A stretch of 64,000 nt of DNA from an uncultured Candidatus Rokubacteria bacterium (lineage in GTDB: Bacteria > Methylomirabilota > Methylomirabilia > Rokubacteriales > CSP1-6), in NCBI GenBank assembly GCA_963771355.1, contig CAVYTA010000005.1, positions 480,001-544,000 of the forward strand. Direction: 5' to 3'. Made by a program: the position numbers and the translations under genes. How positions within the stretch are numbered: position 1 is the first letter of the stretch; every line of letters starts with the position of its first letter. The notes below the pieces were generated by a model. That model had not been told where the DNA came from. It ran no database searches and saw nothing but the letters and a program-made list of their open reading frames with translations. Shown here one piece after another: positions 41,795-51,549 of this stretch.

Positions 41795-42633
41795 GCCGCC
41801 GCCGCGACCTGCCCGCGCTGGCGGGGCTCGGTGTCATCGCCGCGGTGGTGGTGGTGGCGGCCTTCGCGCCCGCGCTGGCGCCGTCCGACCCCGTGAAGAA
41901 CCGCCTCCTCGACCGCCTCACCCCGCCCATGTGGGCGCAGGGCGGGAGCGCGCGGTATCCGCTCGGCACCGATACCCTCGGGCGCGACGTGCTGAGCCGG
42001 CTCCTCCACGGCGCGCGCATCTCGCTCATCGTGGGGCTCGCCGCCGTCCTCGTCGCGGGCGTGGTGGGGGTGGGACTGGGCCTGGTGGCCGGCTACCGTG
42101 GCGGCTGGGCCGACGATCTCCTCATGCGCCTGGGCGACATCCAGCTTGCCTTCCCCGTGCTCCTCCTCGGGGTGGCCGTCATCGCCGTCCTCGGCGCGAG
42201 CCTGGCCAACATGATCCTCGTGCTGGGGGCGAGCGGCTGGGTCACGTATGCGCGGATCGCGCGCGGCGAGACGCTCTCGCTCAAGGAGCGCGACTTCGTG
42301 GCGGCGGCGCGGGCCCTGGGGGCGCCGGCGAGCCACGTGGTGGCGCGGCATCTTCTCCCCAATGTCCTGCCGTCCCTCATGGTGGTGACGACCTTCTCGG
42401 TGGCGCGCACCATCATCGCGGAGGCTTCGCTGTCCTTCCTGGGGCTGGGCCTGCCGCCCCCCGCGCCGAGCTGGGGCGCCATGCTCGACGAGGGGCGGAA
42501 CTACATCACCACCGGCTGGTGGCTGGCGCTCTTCCCGGGGCTGGCCATCCTCCTGCTCGTGCTCGCCATCAACCTCTGCGGCGACTGGCTGCGTGACGCC
42601 CTGGACCCCCGTATGGAGAAAGGAATCGGATGA
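41791..42633 (+). CDS. peptide ABC permease (DppC-like)
   Basis: LGTD.LGRD, HLLPN, EASLSFLGLG. Confidence 0.92.
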   Translation: MSRRRDLPALAGLGVIAAVVVVAAFAPALAPSDPVKNRLLDRLTPPMWAQGGSARYPLGTDTLGRDVLSRLLHGARISLIVGLAAVLVAGVVGVGLGLVAGYRGGWADDLLMRLGDIQLAFPVLLLGVAVIAVLGASLANMILVLGASGWVTYARIARGETLSLKERDFVAAARALGAPASHVVARHLLPNVLPSLMVVTTFSVARTIIAEASLSFLGLGLPPPAPSWGAMLDEGRNYITTGWWLALFPGLAILLLVLAINLCGDWLRDALDPRMEKGIG

Positions 42634-43091
42634 AGTACTGGGAAGACATCAAGCCGGGCGATACGAGCACGCTCGGCTCGTACACCGTCAGCGCCGAGGA
42701 GATCATCGCCTTCGCGAAGAAGTACGACCCGCAGCCCTTCCATCTGGACGAGGAGGCGGCGCGGCGCAGCATCTTCGGCGGTCTCATCGCCAGCGGCTGG
42801 CACTCGTGCGCGATCATGATGCGCCTGTCGGTGGAGGCCATGCGGCGTGAGGAGATGGCGGGGGTGGGCTCGCCCGGGATCGACTCCTGCCGCTGGCACA
42901 AGCCGGTGCGGGCGGGAGACACCGTCACCGTGCGCACCGAGATCACCGAGACCTGGCCCTCCCGGACCAAGCCGCTGGGCTTCATCCGCCGGAAGGCAGA
43001 GATGCTCAACCAGCATGGAGAAATCGTGCTCACCCTGATCGGCGTAGGGATGTTCCTGCGGCGCGAGGCCGCTCCGGGGAGTGCCGCGTGA
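42630..43091 (+). CDS. MaoC family dehydratase
   Basis: YDPQPFHLD, LIASGWH, PVRAGD. Confidence 0.9.
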   Translation: MKYWEDIKPGDTSTLGSYTVSAEEIIAFAKKYDPQPFHLDEEAARRSIFGGLIASGWHSCAIMMRLSVEAMRREEMAGVGSPGIDSCRWHKPVRAGDTVTVRTEITETWPSRTKPLGFIRRKAEMLNQHGEIVLTLIGVGMFLRREAAPGSAA

Positions 43092-43558
43092 CCGATCTCA
43101 TCTATTTCGAGGACGTGAGGGTGGGCGACACCCATCGCTTCGGCCACTACGCGGTCACGCGCGAGGAGATCATCGAGTACGCGCGGCAGTTCGATCCTCA
43201 GCCCTTCCACGTGGACGAGGAGGCGGCTCGGCGGAGCATGTTCGGCGGCCTCATCGCGAGCGGCTGGCACACCGGCGCCATGCTCATCCGCATGCTCTGC
43301 GACCACGCCATTCCGGGCAGCGCCGCCACCGGGGCGCTGGGCTTCGACGATCTCAAATGGCTCAAGCCGGTGCGCCCGGGCGATGTCCTTGCCGTGGAGA
43401 CGGTGGTGCGCGAGAAGACCGAGTCGCGGAGCCGGCCGGATATCGGCGTGGTCAAGATCGAGAGCCGCGTTCACGACCAGCGGGACGAGACCAAGATGAC
43501 CCTGGTCTCCCTCGTGCTCTACCGGCGGCGGAGCGCGAGCCCGACGGCGACGACATGA
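43088..43558 (+). CDS. MaoC family dehydratase (paralog)
   Basis: FDPQPFHVD, LIASGWH, PVRPGD. Confidence 0.9.
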   Translation: MTDLIYFEDVRVGDTHRFGHYAVTREEIIEYARQFDPQPFHVDEEAARRSMFGGLIASGWHTGAMLIRMLCDHAIPGSAATGALGFDDLKWLKPVRPGDVLAVETVVREKTESRSRPDIGVVKIESRVHDQRDETKMTLVSLVLYRRRSASPTATT

Positions 43559-43582
43559 GGCGGATCTCGCGGCGCTGGGCGC

Positions 43583-44185
43583 TCACGGTGGAGGAGTGGC
43601 GCCCCCGCCGGACGCGCCGAACGGGAACGTCCGGTGGACAGCCCAGCGCGTGATGCCGTCCTCCTCGCCCACCTGGCGGAGGAGCGTCACGTTGTCGAAG
43701 GCGGCGCCGAAGTGCCGCTCGCGGGCGGGCAGAAACGCCCAGAGGTCGGCGAAGCGGGGCCGGCAGTACTCGGCCACCGTCATGTGCGGGCGGAGGCGCT
43801 CGCCGTCGTGCGGCCCCCACGGGAGCCACGCCAGGCCTCGCAGCGCCGCGTGCAGCGACGCCAGCGTGGCCCGCGCCGCCGCCGATAGCGCCACGTTCAC
43901 CCAGACCACGTCTTCGTCGAAGTGCCGGAATCCGCCCACCTCGATGGGACCCGGGCGATTCGTGCGGGCGAACGTCTCGAGGAGCGCCTCGACCGGCGCG
44001 ATGTCCGCGGTCTCGAAGTGGTACTTGACCGTGAAGTGGGCGGGAATGTCCTGCCGGAGGGTGAAGGGGAGGTCGAAGCGCGCGGCGATCTCCGCCACGA
44101 GCGCGCGGTGATACTCGCGCACCGCACCGCCGAAGAAGCACGGGAGAATGTAGCGCGCGGGGGCCTGGCCGCCGGTCCATTGCAC
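43583..44185 (-). CDS. 2H phosphoesterase (2'-5' RNA ligase family)
   Basis: Two HxT motifs (AHFTVK, PHMTVA); GTG44185 inferred as start. Confidence 0.78.
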   Translation of the reverse strand: MQWTGGQAPARYILPCFFGGAVREYHRALVAEIAARFDLPFTLRQDIPAHFTVKYHFETADIAPVEALLETFARTNRPGPIEVGGFRHFDEDVVWVNVALSAAARATLASLHAALRGLAWLPWGPHDGERLRPHMTVAEYCRPRFADLWAFLPARERHFGAAFDNVTLLRQVGEEDGITRWAVHRTFPFGASGGGATPPP

Positions 44186-44192
44186 GCCGCCT

Positions 44193-44207
44193 AGTCTAAG
44201 GTAGACT
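44193..44207. promoter_or_regulatory. back-to-back -10 elements (bidirectional leaderless promoter)
   Basis: AGTCTA-AGG-TAGACT; each TAGACT lies 7 nt before a start codon. Confidence 0.65.
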
Positions 44208-44214
44208 GGCCGCG

Positions 44215-44844
44215 ATGAAAGAGTCCCTGCCCGAGCCATTACCCGCCGACCCCTTGCCGCTGGCCGAGGCCTGGCTCGCCGAGGCGATGAAGGCGGTGAA
44301 GACGGCGACCGCGATGACGCTCGCGACCGTGGACCCCGACGGAAATCCCACCGCGCGCATGGTGATTTGCCGGGGCCTCGACGTGAAGGCAGGCTGGCTC
44401 GTCTTCTATACCGACCGCGAGAGCGCCAAGGGGCGCGCGCTCGCCGCTCGGCCGCGCGCCGCCGCCGTCTTTCACTGGGACGTGTTCGAGCGCCAGATAC
44501 GGGTGGAGGGTCCGGTGACGCTCGCGCCCGACGCCGACTCGGACCGCTACTGGAATACGCGGCCGGTGGAGGCGCAGGTCGCAGCATCGGCGAGTGCGCA
44601 GAGCCAGCCCATTCCGTCTCGCGCGGCGTTCCTGGCGAGGATCGAGGCGGTGACGCGAGGCGCGGCCGACGGGGTATCGCGGCCGCCGCGCTGGGGTGGC
44701 TACCTGATCTGGGCGGAGCGGGTGGAGCTCTGGGTCGGTCAGCCCGGCCGCGCCCACGACCGCGCCGTCTGGACGCGCGCGCTGGCTCCCACGATAGACG
44801 GGTTTTCCGGCGGCGGCTGGACCGGCACCCGGCTCATGCCATGA
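44215..44844 (+). CDS. pdxH: pyridoxamine 5'-phosphate oxidase
   Basis: AMTLAT, RMV, FYT..ES.K, RQIRVEG, WGGY, HDR. Confidence 0.88.
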   Translation: MKESLPEPLPADPLPLAEAWLAEAMKAVKTATAMTLATVDPDGNPTARMVICRGLDVKAGWLVFYTDRESAKGRALAARPRAAAVFHWDVFERQIRVEGPVTLAPDADSDRYWNTRPVEAQVAASASAQSQPIPSRAAFLARIEAVTRGAADGVSRPPRWGGYLIWAERVELWVGQPGRAHDRAVWTRALAPTIDGFSGGGWTGTRLMP

Positions 44845-44860
44845 GCGGAGGCTCTTCCCC

Positions 44861-45817
44861 ATGCTGACCGAGATCGTTGCCGCGCCCCGCGCCTGGCATG
44901 GCCCCACGCTCAGTCCCGATCGCTACCTCCTTCCCATTCCCGACGCGTGCCTGCGCGAGCTCGACGCGGTGGTGGCGGAGCTGCGGAGGGGGCCGGTGCC
45001 CACCCTGCTCCTCGAGCCCGCTCACTTCCAGCTGGAGGCCTGCGGGCGCCTGATGGCCACCGCGCGGGCCCACCTCGACGAGGGAACCGGCGTGGTGGTG
45101 CTGGATCGCCTGCCGCTGGACCGCATGAGCGCGTCCGAGGCGGTGGACGTGTACTGGCTGCTCGCCAATTTCCTCGAGCCGCCGGTGGCGCAGGAGTGGA
45201 AGGGGACGGTGATCTACGACGTGCGCCACGACGGCGGGGCCTATGGCGAGGATACCCGCGGCGCGCTCACGCCGGTGAGCCTCGAGATGCACACCGACAG
45301 CAGCATGGGCGAGGCACCTCCCAACTACCTCGGGCTTCTCTGCCTCGAGACCGCGAAGTCGGGCGGGATGAGCATCGTGTCGAGCGCGCTCGCCGCCCAC
45401 AACCACTTCCTCGAGACCGCGCCCGCTCTGCTCGAGCGTCTGTATCAGGTCTTCTATCGCGATCATCAGGAGTATCAGGCGGCTGACGCCGCCGCGACGA
45501 ATTTCCGGCCGGTATTCGCCTGGGACGGCCGGCTGCGCACGCGCTTCAACGCGCGCCACACCTTCCGGGGCTACGAGAAAACGGGCCGCGTGCTGGACGA
45601 CGCCGGGCGCGAGGCGGTGGCGCGCATGGATGCCTTCTTGCAGGATCCCGCCCACCGCCTGGACCTCTGGCTCGAGCGCGGCCAGATCCAGTTCCTCAAT
45701 AACCGCTTCGTGGTCCACGGCCGCACGAACTACGTGGACCACGACGACCCCGCGCGGCACCGCCACCTCGTCCGGCTCTGGCTCCGCGCCGGCGATCGCC
45801 GCCACTTCCGCGGCTGA
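44861..45817 (+). CDS. TauD/TfdA family Fe(II)/2-oxoglutarate dioxygenase
   Basis: HTD...NN...HGR...RHLVRLW. Confidence 0.88.
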   Translation: MLTEIVAAPRAWHGPTLSPDRYLLPIPDACLRELDAVVAELRRGPVPTLLLEPAHFQLEACGRLMATARAHLDEGTGVVVLDRLPLDRMSASEAVDVYWLLANFLEPPVAQEWKGTVIYDVRHDGGAYGEDTRGALTPVSLEMHTDSSMGEAPPNYLGLLCLETAKSGGMSIVSSALAAHNHFLETAPALLERLYQVFYRDHQEYQAADAAATNFRPVFAWDGRLRTRFNARHTFRGYEKTGRVLDDAGREAVARMDAFLQDPAHRLDLWLERGQIQFLNNRFVVHGRTNYVDHDDPARHRHLVRLWLRAGDRRHFRG

Positions 45818-45962
45818 ACGCGCGCGAGGGGGCGAGTCGGGGCCGGCGGTCCCTTCCGGGACACTCGCGCGGGATGACAATTTTTGAACGTCCGTTGATC
45901 TAGATCGTCAGCGCGATTCCCTGACATCCCTAACGAATTCGATGATTTGCGCGCATTATCAG

Positions 45963-45979
45963 TTGGCACCCCCCGTGCA
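45963..45979 (+). promoter_or_regulatory. sigma54 (-24/-12) promoter of the pilin gene
   Basis: TTGGCACCCCCCGTGCA with GG-N10-GC; upstream GTCAG-N9-CTGAC palindrome (45907-45925) in an AT-rich region. Confidence 0.75.
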
Positions 45980-46053
45980 ACCATAGGAGGCGAAGATCCT
46001 GACGGGGATCCAATACAACAAATCAGAAAATAAAGAAAAAAGGGGAAATAGAA

Positions 46054-46458
46054 ATGCTGAGCTTCTGGCACAAGAAGCGGAAGATGCTGGGCAACCAGCG
46101 CGGCTTCACGCTCATCGAGCTCATGATCGTGGTGGCCATCATCGGTATCCTGGCGGCCATCGCCATCCCGCTGTACGCGAACATCCAGGCTCGCGCCCGC
46201 ATCGCCAAGGCGCAGGCCGACGCCCGTACGCTCGCCTCCGCGGTGAGCATGTACTCGGCCCACATGGGCACGCTCCCGGGCGCGCTCAGCGACCTCAACT
46301 CGGCTCAGACGAACAACCTGGGGCAGACGGCTGGCCCGTTCATGGCCTCCACCCCCGCGTCGCCCGCTGGCTGGACGGCGTATGGGTATACCTCGGCGGC
46401 GGCGGGGACGTTCTCCATCTCGGCCTCCGGCGACGCGACCACCGTCAGCCTGCCGTAA
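46054..46458 (+). CDS. pilA: type IV major pilin
   Basis: Basic leader with G|FTLIELMIVVAIIGILAAIAIP; sigma54 promoter and its own terminator. Confidence 0.88.
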   Translation: MLSFWHKKRKMLGNQRGFTLIELMIVVAIIGILAAIAIPLYANIQARARIAKAQADARTLASAVSMYSAHMGTLPGALSDLNSAQTNNLGQTAGPFMASTPASPAGWTAYGYTSAAAGTFSISASGDATTVSLP

Positions 46459-46500
46459 CGACCTGTACTCACTGCCGGGCACTCACCGCCCGGCACTCGC

Positions 46501-46540
46501 AAACGGGGGAGGGGCGATTGCCCCTCCCCCGCGTTTGTTT
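46501..46540. terminator. intrinsic terminator, probably bidirectional
   Basis: AAAC-GGGGGAGGGGC-GATT-GCCCCTCCCCC-GCGTTTGTTT between convergent genes. Confidence 0.85.
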
Positions 46541-47652
46541 TAGTTCGGCACGATGGCCGCGCGCGTCACGTGCCCCTTGTCCTGCTGGGTGAAGGCCTCG
46601 TTGATCTCCTCGAGCGGGAACTTGTGGGAGACCACCTTGTCCCACGGATACTTCGTGAGCGTGCGCCGCATGAGGTCGAGCGCCCCGCGGAGGTGCTCGG
46701 CCTCGTAGTGGGCGAGTCCGATGATGCGACGGTTCCCGAAGATGATCCAGGAGGGATCGAACTCCGCCTTCCAGCCCACGTTGATGTTGCCGATCTCGAG
46801 ATAGGTGCCCTCGGGGGCGGTCATGCGCAAGCCCTCGTCCACCACGCCGGGATTGCCCACCAGCTCCAGCACCACGTCGCCGCCCCAGCCGTCGGTGAGC
46901 TGCTTGACGCGTGCGATGCGCTCGGCGGCGCTGGAGTCGCGGCGGAGGTCCACCACGTCGGTGGCGCCGAACTTCTTCGCCAGCTCGAGCCGCTCGTCCA
47001 CCCCGTCGATCACCACCACCTGGCTGGCGCCCATCTCCCGCGCCACCGCGCACGCATAGACGCCGAGTCCGCCTGCGCCCTGCACCACCACGGTCTGCCC
47101 CGCCTTCAGCCCGGCGATGTCGAGCCCGGCGTACACCTGCGTGTAGGCGCAGTTGATGCCCGCCGCCATCTCGTCCGTGATCTCGTCGCCCAGCTTGAAC
47201 ACGGCGTGATTGGGCCGGAGGTAGAAGTACTGGCCGAAGCCGCCCTGGAAATGCGGCCACACCTCGCACGAGACCAGCCAGTTCGCCTGGCGCACCGGGC
47301 AGGACTTGAATTGCCGGCGGAGGCAGGCCTTGCAGCGGCCGCAGGGGAAGAAGTAGCGGTACAGCACCCGGTCGCCGACCTTGAGTGGCTGGCCGGCGGA
47401 GTCGGCGGTGACGCCGGGACCGAGCTTGGCCACCGTGCCCACGTGCTCGTGGCCGGTGTTGAGCGGCAGGGGCCGTCCCATCTTCTTGTAGTCCTGCTCG
47501 CCGCGCCAGTAGTGCATGTCCGAGCCGCAGACATTGGCGAGCGCGATCTTGACCAGGATGGCGCCCGGCTCGGGCTCGGGGACGGGATACTCGCGGATCT
47601 CGAACGGGGTGCCGGTTCCGTGGAACACGGCCAGTTGCGCGGTGTCAGGCAT
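46540..47652 (-). CDS. zinc-binding alcohol dehydrogenase (MDR)
   Basis: CGSD, GHE, CGRCKAC...C, GAGGLG. Confidence 0.9.
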   Translation of the reverse strand: MPDTAQLAVFHGTGTPFEIREYPVPEPEPGAILVKIALANVCGSDMHYWRGEQDYKKMGRPLPLNTGHEHVGTVAKLGPGVTADSAGQPLKVGDRVLYRYFFPCGRCKACLRRQFKSCPVRQANWLVSCEVWPHFQGGFGQYFYLRPNHAVFKLGDEITDEMAAGINCAYTQVYAGLDIAGLKAGQTVVVQGAGGLGVYACAVAREMGASQVVVIDGVDERLELAKKFGATDVVDLRRDSSAAERIARVKQLTDGWGGDVVLELVGNPGVVDEGLRMTAPEGTYLEIGNINVGWKAEFDPSWIIFGNRRIIGLAHYEAEHLRGALDLMRRTLTKYPWDKVVSHKFPLEEINEAFTQQDKGHVTRAAIVPN

Positions 47653-47665
47653 GGCGATCTCCTCT

Positions 47666-48748
47666 CTAGTAGCCTTCGCCCAGCAGGGGGAAGGCGCTGG
47701 TGGCATGCGGCAGCGTCACCGGCGTGGCCGGCCGGAGGTAGCTCGGATCCAGCGCGGAAAGTCGCGTGACGCCCAGGAGGCCCAGCGCGATCCGCACCTC
47801 GTCCTCCAGCAGCTCCAGGGTGCGGACGAGTCCGGGCGCCGCCGCGGCGGCGAGGCCGCAGCAGGCCAGGCGTCCGAGGCCGACGACATCGGCGCCGAGC
47901 GCGATCGCCTTGACGATGTCGGTCCCGCGCGCGTAGCCGCCGTCGACGAAGACGGTGGCGCGGCCGCCCACCGCGGCCACCACCTCGGGCAACACCTCGG
48001 TACTGCCCGCGCCGTGGTCGAGCTGGCGCCCGCCGTGGTTGGAGACGTAGACCCCGTCCACCCCGTGCTCGACCGCGATGCCGGCGTCCTCGGCGGTGGC
48101 GATACCCTTGAGAATGAGCGGGATGGAGTGCCGGTCCTTGAACCGCTTGACCTGCTCCCAGGACAGCGCCGCCTGGTAGTCCACGCCGGTGACGTTCTGG
48201 CGCCAGGGCTTCACGAAGCGCCGGGCGAGGTCGCGCTCGCGACGGCTGTACATGGCGGTGTCCACCGTCATGCAGAAGGCGGCATAGCCGTGATTGATGG
48301 CCCGCTTCACGTAGTCGTCCACGAACTGGTCGTCGCCGCGCACGTAGAGCTGGAAGATGCGGAAGTTGTCGGCGGCGGCGGCGGTGGCCTCGAGCCCCGG
48401 GTTGCACGCGGAAGACAGCATCTGCGGCACGCCGAACTCGGCGGAGCCCACCGCGGCGGTGGCGCCGCCGCCCGGCGTGAAGGACTCGATGGAGCCGATG
48501 GGGGCCAGCATCACGGGCAGCCGCACGCGCCGGCCGAAGAGGGTGGAAGAGGGGTCCACCCCGCGCACGTCGCGCAACACGCGCGGGCGGAGGGCGAGGG
48601 AATCCAGGGACTGGCGGTTGCGGCGGAGCGTGGTCTCGGTCTCGGTGCCGCCCATGAGGTAGTCCCACGGGCCGGGGGCGAGGTTGTGCTTTGCCGCCTT
48701 GACGATCTCGTGCAGGGTCTGGAACCGCTCGGCCAGGTTGGACGTCAT
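47666..48748 (-). CDS. FMN-dependent alpha-hydroxy acid oxidase
   Basis: FQLY, TVD, LKG, SNHGGRQLD. Confidence 0.9.
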   Translation of the reverse strand: MTSNLAERFQTLHEIVKAAKHNLAPGPWDYLMGGTETETTLRRNRQSLDSLALRPRVLRDVRGVDPSSTLFGRRVRLPVMLAPIGSIESFTPGGGATAAVGSAEFGVPQMLSSACNPGLEATAAAADNFRIFQLYVRGDDQFVDDYVKRAINHGYAAFCMTVDTAMYSRRERDLARRFVKPWRQNVTGVDYQAALSWEQVKRFKDRHSIPLILKGIATAEDAGIAVEHGVDGVYVSNHGGRQLDHGAGSTEVLPEVVAAVGGRATVFVDGGYARGTDIVKAIALGADVVGLGRLACCGLAAAAAPGLVRTLELLEDEVRIALGLLGVTRLSALDPSYLRPATPVTLPHATSAFPLLGEGY

Positions 48749-50757
48749 GGCTCTCCTCGGTGGATCCGGTCTGGATCGGGGAAAGGATCCCAGAGGCGGG
48801 CGGCCGCTGCCACCGACAGGTCGACGTCCTCCTCCAGGAGATAGCCGCTCGCCACGAGCGCGATCGCGACCTGTCGCACCTGCGCCAGGTACTCCTCGCG
48901 CGAGGCATAGCGCTCCTCGACCGAGATGCGCGGGTCGCCCGACGCGGCGCCTTCCGCCTGGGTGCGCGGGAAGGGCAGGGTGGCGCCGGCGAAGACCAGG
49001 AGCTGCTCGGCGCCACCGATGTCGGGATGGCGCAGCGTCCAGCCGGTATGGGTGGCGATGGGCACCGCGACCTCGGGCAGGATGATGCCGGCGATCTCGT
49101 TTCCGTCGGCATCCACCGCGGAGACCAGGGAGCCGAAGGCGCGCCCAGGCCGGGGCGGCAGGGTGGACCAGTCGAGACGGCGGGGGCGCGCATGATGTCG
49201 CGGGTAGCTCGATCGGGGGATGCGGGCGAAGGCGGGGGCGAGCCGGTCGGGCGGTACCGCGGTCCCGTCGGCGAGCCGCGGATGTTGGCTCGGCGGAGGC
49301 TCCACGCCTTCCGTCACCCAGCGGTCGAGGTTGACCAGGCAGGCGCGGAGCAGCGCGGAGTAATCCACCACGCCGCGGAGGTTCTGTGACTTGTCCACCG
49401 CGCCGGTGGGGTCGGCCGGCGCGATCTGGACCTGGCTGGGCGGCCAGACGCCGAGACCGTGCTCCGTGCCCGCGAAGTGATACACGCGCACGTTGGGGCC
49501 ATGGGCCAGATCATGCACGCCGTCGGGGTCGGTGTGCAGCAGCGAGGCGTCGCCGCGGTGGTACTCGGCCGAGGTGTTCGTGTAGAACGCGCGCAGCCGG
49601 CTCCCCCGCGCGTCGAGCCGGGCGTGGAGCGCGTCCTTCATCCCCGTGTCGGGATCGGTGGCGGGCAGGTCGGCGAACGGGAAGAGGTGCGCCATCATGT
49701 GGTTGCGGTCCTTCGAGTTCTGCCCGAAGCGCTGGTTGAACTCACCCCGCATCCCGCCCGCGACATTGGAGAAGATCCCGTCGAACGCCTCGCGCCCCGC
49801 CTCGTCGAGATTGAGATCCTCGTAGGCGAGGGTACGGAGGAGGCGGCCGGTCTGCGAGCGGCCATAGGCGTAGGCCCAGCGAAGCGCGCCCGGCGCGGGA
49901 TTGCCCTCGGCGGCCCCACCGTGCTTGAGCCAGGACACGGCTTCCCGCAGCGCCGCCATGGAAAGCCCCAGCACGGGCGCGCCCTCGGCGGTGTAGGTGA
50001 CCTGGTAGAGCCGGCCCTTCTCGAAGCCGCCTTCTAGTTGGATGTGGCGCGAGTCGGAAACCACGCGGCCATGGTCCACTCGTGCGAAGCGCCAGCGCTC
50101 GCGCGGGATGGTCTCGGCCGGGCCGTCGGGCTGGTCACGCACCGTGAGGAGGGCGTCGCGCTCCTCGAGGTCGGCGGCGCGGTAGGCGAGGTGTCCGCGG
50201 TCCGATAGGAGGAAGTCGCCGACGTTCGCGCTCGCCTGGAGCTGGGTGTAGACGCGGCCGCGGAGCGGGCGCCCCGCCGCGTCGCGCGCCTCGGGCGCCT
50301 GCATCCGATGGAGGCCGGCGATCTCCGGCACGTCGCACTGCCAGCCGCAGGAGATCACCACCCAGCCCCGCTTCATGAGAAAGCCATCGCCCACGTCGAT
50401 GGGCGGGTTGGGATCCGACCCGGGGACGAAGGCGGGGCGCGTGGCGCGGTTGAAGTTGGGCACGGAGACGGTATTGCCGCGATTGACCACGTCGAGCAGC
50501 ACGCGCCCGCTGCACCGGCTGCGGTCCAGGGGCAGCAGGATTGAGACGTCGCTCCACCACTCGACGCGGCCGGCGGCATTGCGTGGGGCCAGCTCCACGT
50601 CGGTGATGCGCCGGTTCGCGGGGTGAAGCGGGTCGATGGCGAAGTGGAGCCGACCCTTCAGCTCCTCGTAGGGGCCGACCTCGCCCGCGGGGCCGGCGAA
50701 GGCCACGCCCCCGGCAAGAGAGCGCCGCATGATGAGCTCGAAGCGAGTCACGGCCAT
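48745..50757 (-). CDS. large alpha/beta-hydrolase-domain protein
   Basis: YGRSQTGR, NTSAEY, FAGTEH, VDADGNE; start ATG50757. Confidence 0.8.
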   Translation of the reverse strand: MAVTRFELIMRRSLAGGVAFAGPAGEVGPYEELKGRLHFAIDPLHPANRRITDVELAPRNAAGRVEWWSDVSILLPLDRSRCSGRVLLDVVNRGNTVSVPNFNRATRPAFVPGSDPNPPIDVGDGFLMKRGWVVISCGWQCDVPEIAGLHRMQAPEARDAAGRPLRGRVYTQLQASANVGDFLLSDRGHLAYRAADLEERDALLTVRDQPDGPAETIPRERWRFARVDHGRVVSDSRHIQLEGGFEKGRLYQVTYTAEGAPVLGLSMAALREAVSWLKHGGAAEGNPAPGALRWAYAYGRSQTGRLLRTLAYEDLNLDEAGREAFDGIFSNVAGGMRGEFNQRFGQNSKDRNHMMAHLFPFADLPATDPDTGMKDALHARLDARGSRLRAFYTNTSAEYHRGDASLLHTDPDGVHDLAHGPNVRVYHFAGTEHGLGVWPPSQVQIAPADPTGAVDKSQNLRGVVDYSALLRACLVNLDRWVTEGVEPPPSQHPRLADGTAVPPDRLAPAFARIPRSSYPRHHARPRRLDWSTLPPRPGRAFGSLVSAVDADGNEIAGIILPEVAVPIATHTGWTLRHPDIGGAEQLLVFAGATLPFPRTQAEGAASGDPRISVEERYASREEYLAQVRQVAIALVASGYLLEEDVDLSVAAAARLWDPFPDPDRIHRGEP

Positions 50758-50765
50758 GGGCGGCC

Positions 50766-51536
50766 TCAGTCCGTGCCGACGAGGTGGGGGAGGATCTGGC
50801 CGATGGAGCCGCGCAGGACGGCGTCGGCGAGATCGTCCATGGCGGTGGGCTCGGCGTTGAGGATGACGATGCGCGCGCCCGATTCGCGGGCCACCGGCAC
50901 CACACCCGCGACGGGATAGACGGCGAGGGTGGTGCCCACGGCGAGCAGGAGATCGCAGGATTCGGCCGCCCGCTGCGCCCGCAGCAGATCCTCGCGGACC
51001 AGGCCCTGGCCGAAGGAGATGGTGGCCGACTTGAGGATGCCGCCGCAGGTGCGGCAGGCGGGATCCTCCTCGCCCGCCCGCACGCGCGCGAGCGCGCGCT
51101 GCATGGGGGCGCGCTCGCCGCAGGCCATGCAGGTCACTTCGCGCATGGTGCCGTGGATTTCCACTACCCGCGCGGGATCGGAGCCGGCCTTCTGGTGCAG
51201 GCCGTCCACGTTCTGGGTGATGAGGGTGTGCAGCTTGCCCCGGCGCTCGAGGACCACGAGGGCGCGGTGGCCCGCATTGGGCTCGGCGGTCCACGCGGGC
51301 GACTCGAGCCGGCTCTGCCACGCGCGCTTCCGCACCTCGGGATCGGCCATGTAGTGCTGGAGGGTGGCCATCTGCTCGGCCTTGGGATCGCGCGTCCACA
51401 GGCCCTGGGGACCGCGGAAGTCCGGGATGCCCGACTCCGTGGAGATGCCCGCGCCGGTGAGGACCACCACCCGCTGGGCGGCGTCGACGAGCTTGCGGGC
51501 CGCGTCGAGCTCGGGCCGCTCGGGACCTTTCATCAT
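50766..51536 (-). CDS. cobB: Sir2-family NAD-dependent deacylase
   Basis: GAGISTESGIPDFR, TQNVDGLH, HG, CxxC/CxxC. Confidence 0.9.
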   Translation of the reverse strand: MMKGPERPELDAARKLVDAAQRVVVLTGAGISTESGIPDFRGPQGLWTRDPKAEQMATLQHYMADPEVRKRAWQSRLESPAWTAEPNAGHRALVVLERRGKLHTLITQNVDGLHQKAGSDPARVVEIHGTMREVTCMACGERAPMQRALARVRAGEEDPACRTCGGILKSATISFGQGLVREDLLRAQRAAESCDLLLAVGTTLAVYPVAGVVPVARESGARIVILNAEPTAMDDLADAVLRGSIGQILPHLVGTD

Positions 51537-51549
51537 ATCCGCTAGCTCC

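Noticed and set aside
46054..46458. Electrically conductive (e-)pilin
   Set aside because: Only 8 of 117 residues are F/W/Y; aromatics are at positions 1, 24 and 50 but not 27, 32 or 57.
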